DNA of 32,000 bases, from positions 1,380,001-1,412,000 of the forward strand of contig CBDCNV010000001.1 in assembly GCA_965219535.1 (NCBI GenBank). Direction: 5' to 3'. The stretch comes from Opitutales bacterium (GTDB taxonomy: Bacteria; Verrucomicrobiota; Verrucomicrobiia; Opitutales; PNEW01). A program made the position numbers and the translations under genes. Position 1 is the stretch's first letter, and each line of letters starts with the position of its first letter. This document shows positions 25,253 to 32,000 of the stretch, piece after piece. The notes under the pieces were generated by a model, which did not search any database, was not told the DNA's origin, and was given only the letters and a program-made list of their open reading frames with translations.

Positions 25253-28200
25253 GTGACCAAAGATCAGGAACCTTCAGCTATTTTAAAAAAGGACAATTTA
25301 AATAAAGATCAGATTGCCATCCGATCTGCGGTCGAAGAAAGAGAAATAATACTTGGGGTTGAGCGTCCAGATACAAAAGCGGTAAGTGAGATCTGGCCGG
25401 ACGCAGAAGTCCTTGTCGAGGAGACGTCGATCCCGGATGAGTGGGGAAATTATCGACGTGTAACACTTATCCAGCCAAGAGATTTACCTTACCCGGTACG
25501 GATAGAGAAAAAAATTACAACCGACCCCAATACGGGTGATGAAAAATTACTGAGCGAGAATGAAGTCGTGGCCGATCGTGTCATCATTAAGATTAAGCCG
25601 GGCCAAAATGAGGAAGCGATTGAGAGTATAATAGACAAAATTGGTGGAGTGCTTCACGATCCATTTCAAGGGAGTGGGTTCACAATCGTACAACTGCCGG
25701 AACTTACAGTCGAAGCAGTCCCCGAAGCGCTTCAAGCTTTATCAGGGAAAAGGGAATTTCTCGAATATGTGGAACCCGATTATATAATTCATGCGGCACT
25801 AGCACCCAATGATCCCCGTTATGTTGATGGGACACAATGGGGTTTAAATAATCTTGGACAAAATGGCGGTAGTGATGATGCGGAAATCGACGCTCCAGAA
25901 GGATGGGAAATCATTCAGGATGCGAGCAATGTGACAATTGCGGTGATTGACACAGGCACTCGCTATACGCACCAGGACCTGGCAGCTAACATGTGGGTAA
26001 ATACAGGGGAAATACCTAACGATAAAATTGATAATGATCAAAATGGGGTAATTGATGATAAGTGCGGTTTTAATAGTATCTTAAATACGGGTGACCCCAA
26101 AGATGATAACGGTCACGGAACCCTCGTCGCAGGAATAATTGGAGCGGTTGGCAATAATGGTATCGGTGTAGCTGGCATTGCCTGGAGGACTCAATTAATG
26201 GCGGTTAAATTTCTTAGCGAAGATGGAAATGGGGTGATTACGGACGCGGTTGAGTGTATCAACTATAGCCGCCTCAACGGCGCCCAGGTGATAAACGCGA
26301 GTTGGTCAGGGGGTGGTTTTTCTCAAACGTTGCTTAACGCGATCGAAGAAACACGTGAAGCAGGAATTTTATTTGTCACCGCCGCTGGCAATTTTTCCAG
26401 TGATAATGATATAGTCCCCCTTTTTCCGGCAAATTTCCTACTTGATAATATCGTAAGTGTGGCAAGTTCCACGCGGAATGACGAGATTTCACAATTTTCA
26501 AATTTTGGGGAGAGTACCGTCGATATCGTGGCTCCCGGTTCTGCTATTTTTACTACATTTAACCGAACAGACTCCGATTATGTAACGCGGAGCGGCACCT
26601 CGATGGCCACCCCTTATGTAAGCGGTGTAATTGCACTTTTAAAGGCTAGATTTCCAAATGAGAATCACGAGACCCTGATCAATCGTCTCCTGGTGGGAGG
26701 TGACAAAGTAAGTGGAACAGAGGATAAAGTAAGATCGAGTGCGAGGGTCAATTTATCTGGATCACTCAATTTGAATACGGTACCTGCGCTTCCCGATTTC
26801 ATTACACCCCTGAGAACTCAGGCCGCCAGTGAAGGTGGAAGTGTGATATTTCATGTCGAAGTGAGCGGAGATCCACCGCTGACTTATAGCTGGTCAAAAG
26901 ATGGACAACCCATCCCCGGCGCCTCGCAAAATTTCCTCCTTGTTGAGGATATAGATATCAGTAAAGAAGGGGTCTATAAGGTTAAAGTCTCGAATGATTT
27001 TGGTTTGAATAGCAGTAGCGCCAGCCTCTTCGTCGCGACGGTGAGGCCCGAGTTGGGCGCCGCACTCGAGGCCCCGGATTTCAACTGGAGAAGTGTTGGT
27101 TTCGCTCTCTGGTTTGGCCAGACGGATGTTACACGGGATGGCGTTGACGCCGCGGCGAGCGGTCTTATTTCAGATGGGCTAATCTCCCAGTTTGAGACTA
27201 CGGTTCAAGGTCCGGGCTCCGGTTCATTCAGGTGGCAGTCTTCGTCTGAAGTTTTATTCGATTTTCTTCGCTTCGCGATTGATGGTGAACAACAGATATC
27301 CATTTCAGGCAAAAATGATTGGAGCAAAGAGACATTTTCTATTCCCGAAGGCGAGCATGTCGTATCTTGGGCGTATACGAAGGATGAAAGTTTATCCGTC
27401 GGTGATGACCGTGGTTACGTGGACAACTTTATCTTTAGTTCTGAAAATATCATAACTCCGCAAATCGTTTCAGAAACGACAAACAAAGTGGCAAACCCCG
27501 GAGCAAATGTCGAATTTGTGATCATTGCAACAGGCACAGATCCTTTAAAATACCAATGGAAAAAAGATGGTGTAGTCTTAGCGGGAGAGACTAAGCCATT
27601 GTTAAATCTAACTGCTGTTAAAACAGATGATAACGGTACCTATCGTGTTGAAGTCTCAAACTCGAGTGGAACAGCGATCAGTAATACCTTCAATCTCAGC
27701 GTTAAGGGTTCGAATAATGCATTGTCTTTAGCATTGGATAATAATGAATGGCCCTGGAGGCATAGTAACGACACAAAATGGTTTAACCAGGACACAATTG
27801 CTCTTGATGGTTTTGATGCACTGCAGAGTGGCAGTATATCAAATAATGAATCATCATCATTCGAGACTACGGTTATCGGGCCCGGTATTATTTCTTTTTA
27901 CTGGAAAGTATCTTCTGAGGACGGACATGATGTGCTTACTTTTGCTCTTAATGATCAAGCTCAGGAATCTATTTCTGGTGAAGTTGAATGGCAGGAAGGT
28001 GCTTTCGCGGTACCGGCGGGGGAAAATATCCTGCGCTGGGTATACTCAAAAAATGAAAGTCTCTCTTTGAGAGCCGATTCCGGCTGGATCGACAAGTTTA
28101 CATTTAAATCTTTAGATGCTGACTTCCCATTTATTATACGACAGCCAAAAAATTCTCTCGTCTTTCTGGGGGACAGTTTAAGCTTAAACGCAGATGTCAC

Positions 28201-28426
28201 GGGGACGCAGCCGTTAACTTATCAATGGCGAAAAAATGAGACTGCCCTCAATGGCGAAATTAGTAATTCCCTTGAGTTAACTGCAAATAGCAAATCTGTC
28301 GGGGGGAACTATTCCGTTGAAGTGACTAACAGTAAAGGAAGTGTGATTAGTGACCCGGCTTCTCTCGTAGTCTTTAATGAAGGTGATCCTTTGGGGCAGG
28401 CGCTCGAGCTGTCTGAATCAACATGA
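25253..28426 (+). CDS. Subtilisin-like S8 serine peptidase with three I-set Ig-like domains and repeated Trp-rich modules
   Basis: Catalytic triad contexts AVIDTGT (Asp codon 25949), DDNGHGTLVAG (His codon 26114) and SGTSMATPYVSG (Ser codon 26600). I9-like propeptide. Ig-like PLTYSWSKDG / PLKYQWKKDG / PLTYQWRKNE. No signal peptide after the GTG start. Confidence 0.85.
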   Translation: MTKDQEPSAILKKDNLNKDQIAIRSAVEEREIILGVERPDTKAVSEIWPDAEVLVEETSIPDEWGNYRRVTLIQPRDLPYPVRIEKKITTDPNTGDEKLLSENEVVADRVIIKIKPGQNEEAIESIIDKIGGVLHDPFQGSGFTIVQLPELTVEAVPEALQALSGKREFLEYVEPDYIIHAALAPNDPRYVDGTQWGLNNLGQNGGSDDAEIDAPEGWEIIQDASNVTIAVIDTGTRYTHQDLAANMWVNTGEIPNDKIDNDQNGVIDDKCGFNSILNTGDPKDDNGHGTLVAGIIGAVGNNGIGVAGIAWRTQLMAVKFLSEDGNGVITDAVECINYSRLNGAQVINASWSGGGFSQTLLNAIEETREAGILFVTAAGNFSSDNDIVPLFPANFLLDNIVSVASSTRNDEISQFSNFGESTVDIVAPGSAIFTTFNRTDSDYVTRSGTSMATPYVSGVIALLKARFPNENHETLINRLLVGGDKVSGTEDKVRSSARVNLSGSLNLNTVPALPDFITPLRTQAASEGGSVIFHVEVSGDPPLTYSWSKDGQPIPGASQNFLLVEDIDISKEGVYKVKVSNDFGLNSSSASLFVATVRPELGAALEAPDFNWRSVGFALWFGQTDVTRDGVDAAASGLISDGLISQFETTVQGPGSGSFRWQSSSEVLFDFLRFAIDGEQQISISGKNDWSKETFSIPEGEHVVSWAYTKDESLSVGDDRGYVDNFIFSSENIITPQIVSETTNKVANPGANVEFVIIATGTDPLKYQWKKDGVVLAGETKPLLNLTAVKTDDNGTYRVEVSNSSGTAISNTFNLSVKGSNNALSLALDNNEWPWRHSNDTKWFNQDTIALDGFDALQSGSISNNESSSFETTVIGPGIISFYWKVSSEDGHDVLTFALNDQAQESISGEVEWQEGAFAVPAGENILRWVYSKNESLSLRADSGWIDKFTFKSLDADFPFIIRQPKNSLVFLGDSLSLNADVTGTQPLTYQWRKNETALNGEISNSLELTANSKSVGGNYSVEVTNSKGSVISDPASLVVFNEGDPLGQALELSEST

Positions 28427-28630
28427 CAGACAGATGGCAGTAGCGACTGGTTTCCCCAAGCGGTTGTTAATCGCGACGGTGAAGACGCCCTGCAAAGCGG
28501 AGCAATTGAGAATGGTCAGTTCTCCGAGTTTAGTATCAACTTAGAGGGTTCACGCACCTTATCCTTCTGGTGGAAAGTCTCATCTGAGCTAAATCGCGAT
28601 TATCTACGCTTTTATATCGATAACACGAAA

Positions 28631-29608
28631 ATGGCGGAAATATCGGGATTACTAGATTGGCAGCAGCGACATATCATCCTTCCCGAAGGACGGCATAACC
28701 TTCGATGGATCTATGAAAAAGATTTCGACCGTTCGTTAGGTCAGGATACGGCATGGGTAGATAATCTTTCCTTTAAACCTGCATCGGACGCAATTAGCCC
28801 CGCGCTCGATACGGAGGGACTTATATGGAATACAGGTGGAGATGCCTCCTGGTATCCACAGGAGATAACTACATTTGACCGGGAAGAAGCATTACAAAGT
28901 GGTAATATCACTCATGGTGGGGAAACCTGGGTGGAGACAACAGTCATTGGACCGGGCATCTTATCGTTTTGGTGGCGCGTTCATTTAGAAGAAGAGCATG
29001 ATACGCTGGGGTTTTATTTTGATGATGAGCTGGTCGAGGAAATTTCGGATAACTCGGGCTGGCAGCGAAAGAGTTACAGTTTAGGAGGCGAGGCACATAC
29101 CTTGCGCTGGCGGTATGCTAAGAACGCTACACGCAATATCGGGCAGGATGCTGCATGGCTGGATCAGGTATTTTATCTCGGTTCGGTTGCTCCAATCGAC
29201 AATTGGCAGGTGCGGCACTTCTCCACAGCTGAGATCAATGATCCGCTTATAAGCGGTAATCTTGCTGATGCCGATGATGATGGCGTGGCCAATATTCTTG
29301 AGTACGCTTTGGGACAAGATCCACGATTTGCCGATCGTTTGGGACTTCCAACGGTCGCGACAATAGAAATTAATAACACAGAGTACCTGACCCTGACATA
29401 CCGACGTAATAAATTAGCAACTGATATAGATTATCGCGTTGAAGTATCCAATGATTTAAAAGAATGGGACTCATCAACGGGATCTACGGTCGAAATCGGT
29501 GTGACAAATCTCGATGCGGAGATCGAACTTGTTGTCGTTCGCGACATCCTTCCTATTTCCAGTAGCCCGAAACGATTTATGCGACTGCGTGTAGAGGAGA
29601 AAGACTGA
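28631..29608 (+). CDS. C-terminal continuation of the S8/Ig protein (modules 3-4 plus DxDxDG / C-terminal domain)
   Basis: Same frame as 25253..28426, and that frame is open from 28427, directly after the TGA. It contains the rest of module 3, module 4, and ADADDDGVANILEYALGQDP...RFMRLRV. Confidence 0.6.
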   Translation: MAEISGLLDWQQRHIILPEGRHNLRWIYEKDFDRSLGQDTAWVDNLSFKPASDAISPALDTEGLIWNTGGDASWYPQEITTFDREEALQSGNITHGGETWVETTVIGPGILSFWWRVHLEEEHDTLGFYFDDELVEEISDNSGWQRKSYSLGGEAHTLRWRYAKNATRNIGQDAAWLDQVFYLGSVAPIDNWQVRHFSTAEINDPLISGNLADADDDGVANILEYALGQDPRFADRLGLPTVATIEINNTEYLTLTYRRNKLATDIDYRVEVSNDLKEWDSSTGSTVEIGVTNLDAEIELVVVRDILPISSSPKRFMRLRVEEKD

Positions 29609-29618
29609 CGTTTGTAAA

Positions 29619-29797
29619 TCTTCGTCTGCGTCGATTCTGATATTTACAACAATATTAAGGTGGAACGCGCTGTCCCTAGCGCGTTTGAATATGTCGTTAT
29701 TGAAGAAGCGTGCTAGGGATCAGCCGTCGCCAAGGCTATGTCGGACAGGCAGCCCGCTCCACCTTAAGTCGGGAGGGACGAAGATGCAGACGAGGAT
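29619..29797. repeat. Composite nested palindromic element (TCTTCGTCTGC arms plus the 113-bp TIR element)
   Basis: Left core TCTTCGTCTGCGTC at 29619-29632, beginning 10 nt after the stop, the same spacing as at 6748. Right core GATGCAGACGAGGA at 29783-29796. Confidence 0.75.
29655..29767. repeat. ~113-bp TIR element, copy 2 (flip form relative to 6798-6909)
   Basis: TTAAGGTGGAACGCGCTG...TTGAAGAAGCGTGCTAGGGA-TCAGCCGTCGCCAAGGCTATGTCGGACAGG-CAGCCCGCTCCACCTTAA. Confidence 0.8.
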
Positions 29798-29823
29798 AAT
29801 TTTCTAATAACACACTTTAATTC

Positions 29824-30261
29824 TCATTGTTCTTGCTTACCTTTTGGGGCTACGTGCTCTTTGTATAAGTGAGGACCAGAGGAGACCCTCCACCTCGTGT
29901 TATAAAATACGCCAACGTCGACATCGGTTAATACTGGGTAGGGGGTTTCTTTTATCTCATTTAAATTTATAGATATTATATTTCTCCCTTGATGTAAGAG
30001 GCTAGGGGCATCAATTTTCATCTGCCAGAATTCCTGTGCTGGCGGAGTAATAGCGGATTCCGCGATAATCGAAACTGAGCTTTCGATCCGGCGATCACTA
30101 ATCACCGTCAGATGATCCCTTGCGGGACCATAAAATATTTGTTTTCCGTTTATCGCGACCCTTAGCTTTTGATCAGGATTGAGCTTTCGAAATCCCAGTC
30201 TTAATCCAGTGTACCGCAAATCCATCGCGGTTGATGGGTTATTAAAATCTTCTCCGATCAA
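29824..30261 (-). CDS. Probable C-terminal beta-sandwich portion of the upstream glycosidase-like gene (TTG start in track)
   Basis: In frame with 30307..31584. The 15 codons between them (LSVELNGNKTYDFKL) are open, so only the TAA at 30309-30307 separates the two ORFs. Confidence 0.45.
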   Translation of the reverse strand: MIGEDFNNPSTAMDLRYTGLRLGFRKLNPDQKLRVAINGKQIFYGPARDHLTVISDRRIESSVSIIAESAITPPAQEFWQMKIDAPSLLHQGRNIISINLNEIKETPYPVLTDVDVGVFYNTRWRVSSGPHLYKEHVAPKGKQEQ

Positions 30262-30306
30262 TAATTTAAAATCATAGGTTTTATTGCCATTAAGCTCAAC
30301 CGAGAG

Positions 30307-31584
30307 TTACCTGTCATATATTTCAGGTTCTTCTCTATCCTGATAGTAGCCGTGAGTTATTCTATAAACTTTAGACTGCCGGTTGAGACTGGCGGGACTG
30401 GAGAAGTAAGGCAGCAACTGGGGATCACCCGTGCCCATATTGAAGGTATACATACCATCAACACCCAGAGCCCAATAGTTGGCTGCCGCCGCACGTATCA
30501 ATTCCGGTGTTATTCTATTCGCGGGTTTATCCACGTAGGTGTCGATAGATGGACTTTCGCTAAATGGATATGCCCACCCCATTGTTTGGTTCAGGCTAGG
30601 GTAAACAGCGCATTTAGCTGCATGGGCCAGGCTTATCATTTCTTCTATCTGCATATCAAACGAAGTTCCCATTCTCGGTGCGGGAACGAGAACATCAACG
30701 AGGCGTTTTTCCATCCAGCTCTTAATGTCGAGACCGATCCAATTACATCGCTCTAACGAGCTGGCGATTCGAGTCATGAGATAGTATTTTCTTCCATTTT
30801 TATCACCTACGCTGTCTAGACGCTTACGTACTTTTTCGACGAGGTCGGTGATAAGATGCCCTTTATGAAAGCCTTCATTAAAGGGGAAGTAATAAAATGA
30901 GCGTGTGAAATCCAGTTCTATGCCGTCCATGATGTCCTGGTAATGATCAATAATTTCATAAATCACCTCCAACCGATGTTGGCGTACTTCCTCATGACTA
31001 TAATCGAGAAGATTGGCATAGTTAGGATTGCTCTTTAAAGGAGACTCACCACTCGCTCCAATCCGAAGATGAGGATTATGCACCCAGAACTTACCGGTTG
31101 TTGGATTATTAAGTGGATCAATATTAACAAAATGACCGTCATTCATGCGATAACTGGGAAAGAAATAAAGTCCAAGCTCTTTGGCATGCTCACCAGCCAC
31201 GCGCGGACCGTCGAATCCAGCTTTAGTCAGTGCCTTTCCCGAACGTACGCGAAAGTTGAAGAAGGGATGGCTGTCCATGGATGTCTCTCTCCACCCCCAG
31301 TGCACGCCTGTCTTTGAAGGGTACTGGAGAAGATCGGATGTCGAACACACGCAATAGGCAAGTGTTCTCAAAGGCTTTCCCGCAGCGGTATCAATATGGT
31401 ATTCAATTCTATGCGCCGCCGTTTTAGGATCTAAACTGTTAAATGTGATCCCCCCATCAATATTAAAAATTACCCCGAAGTCTGGTAACGATTTCTCCGA
31501 AGATTGACCAGGTGTCACAGCCGTGGAATGGCTGTGTGCCATACTTAATAAAAATATGATGATGCATTTATTTATAACATTCAT
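30307..31584 (-). CDS. Secreted TIM-barrel glycoside-hydrolase-like protein (GHL10/DUF-type), function unknown
   Basis: Signal peptide MNVINKCIIIFLLSMAHSHS. The pattern LLDYSHEEVRQHRLEVIYEIIDHYQDIMDGIELDFTRSF resembles glycosyl-hydrolase-like TIM barrels. This is recognition only. Confidence 0.5.
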   Translation of the reverse strand: MNVINKCIIIFLLSMAHSHSTAVTPGQSSEKSLPDFGVIFNIDGGITFNSLDPKTAAHRIEYHIDTAAGKPLRTLAYCVCSTSDLLQYPSKTGVHWGWRETSMDSHPFFNFRVRSGKALTKAGFDGPRVAGEHAKELGLYFFPSYRMNDGHFVNIDPLNNPTTGKFWVHNPHLRIGASGESPLKSNPNYANLLDYSHEEVRQHRLEVIYEIIDHYQDIMDGIELDFTRSFYYFPFNEGFHKGHLITDLVEKVRKRLDSVGDKNGRKYYLMTRIASSLERCNWIGLDIKSWMEKRLVDVLVPAPRMGTSFDMQIEEMISLAHAAKCAVYPSLNQTMGWAYPFSESPSIDTYVDKPANRITPELIRAAAANYWALGVDGMYTFNMGTGDPQLLPYFSSPASLNRQSKVYRITHGYYQDREEPEIYDR

Positions 31585-31776
31585 GGAGAGGGTTGGTGTT
31601 TATAGGTAATTAAATATTATTGAATTCATCCTTTAAATTTTTCCACAAAATATGATAGCTAAAACATCTCTGTGGCCTTAAAGAAGCAGGGTGAATTTGT
31701 ATGCTCATTTAAATGAATTAATAGTGACGTTTAACGTGTAATTTGATTACCGATGATAATTAAGAAACCTTATGTT

Positions 31777-32000
31777 CTATAGATCCTGATTAATCTTTTC
31801 CGCGGTACTGAGACCGGAAAGCATGCATTTCCCAACCGCTACACCTGTGCGGTAACTTCCCGAAATATAAAGATTGGGGTTATCGTATTCGATCTTCTCA
31901 ATTGTTTCCAAATACCGGCTATGGCCGATGTTAAATTGAGGTATAGCATTAAGCCAATGAAACTGTTTAAGGTAGACGGGATCCCCTTTTATCTCAAGCA
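31777..32000 (-). CDS. hemY: HemY-type protoporphyrinogen/coproporphyrinogen oxidase, C-terminal 73 codons (N-terminus off window)
   Basis: My minus-strand translation is LEIKGDPVYLKQFHWLNAIPQFNIGHSRYLETIEKIEYDNPNLYISGSYRTGVAVGKCMLSGLSTAEKINQDL*. The W..AIPQ[YF]..GH and G..Y.GV.....I..G motifs are typical of the PPOX C-terminus. Confidence 0.75.
   Translation of the reverse strand, partial: LEIKGDPVYLKQFHWLNAIPQFNIGHSRYLETIEKIEYDNPNLYISGSYRTGVAVGKCMLSGLSTAEKINQDL

Noticed and set aside
27744-28070. 108-aa alternative-frame ORF inside the peptidase gene
   Set aside because: It is out of frame within a strongly supported coding region. Its composition is atypical (Leu/Met-rich and repetitive) and it has no start context.
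28424-28426. Selenocysteine (UGA plus SECIS) or a genome-wide UGA=Trp/Gly code
   Set aside because: The codon aligns with Trp, not Cys or Sec, in the sister repeats. I see no convincing stem-loop directly downstream. TGA also terminates hppA, lolC/E, lolD, the anti-sigma candidate and the 6198 ORF at the expected C-termini.
1-32000. tRNA, rRNA, riboswitch or transposase or integrase genes
   Set aside because: A visual scan of every intergenic region found no tRNA-like T-arm (GGTTCGAATCC-type) or acceptor pairing, no rRNA-like sequence and no known riboswitch core. None of the ORFs has DDE, tyrosine- or serine-recombinase motifs.

Overview
This is a 32-kb chromosomal window, mid-40s %GC by eye. 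It most likely comes from a diderm PVC-group (Verrucomicrobiota-like) bacterium. That placement is an inference from LolCDE and LpxB plus I-set Ig, FG-GAP and DxDxDG-rich secreted proteins; no database search was possible. The backbone is housekeeping: K+-dependent membrane pyrophosphatase (hppA), a DUF456-lipB-lipA operon, an HspQ/YccV-like protein, an SDR, lysS, lolC/E-lolD, a Gfo/Idh/MocA oxidoreductase coupled to lpxB, a heme cluster (hemH, CcsA/HemX-like, hemA, with a hemY-type oxidase at the right edge), and an MBL hydrolase at the left edge. The accessory content is: (i) a four-gene envelope-stress or metal-sensing module (Spy/CpxP-like, ECF sigma, small TM anti-sigma candidate, membrane-anchored CnrX-like LTXXQ protein); (ii) a 903-aa FG-GAP protein with 14 repeats and no signal peptide, divergent from a CrtI-like flavoenzyme; (iii) a secreted non-specific nuclease homolog; (iv) a very large S8 peptidase with Ig domains and an unclassified Trp-rich module repeated four times; (v) a secreted TIM-barrel glycosidase-like protein. 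Two themes deserve a second look. First, all four secreted hydrolase loci are interrupted: a +1 frameshift in a C5 run, two in-frame TAA codons, and one TGA that aligns without gaps to a Trp invariant in the three sister repeats. All housekeeping genes are intact. Second, almost every gene 3' end carries nested palindromic intergenic elements. These have low-complexity inverted arms (GTCAAAAG type and TCTTCGTCTGCCTC type). Their cargo is a ~112-bp TIR element present in two copies related by a flip/flop rearrangement of a 30-nt asymmetric block, and a GGAG hairpin family with three compensatory base-pair changes. No rRNA, tRNA, CRISPR array or transposase gene was seen. All functional calls rest on motif recognition in the translations and need homology or structure searches to confirm.
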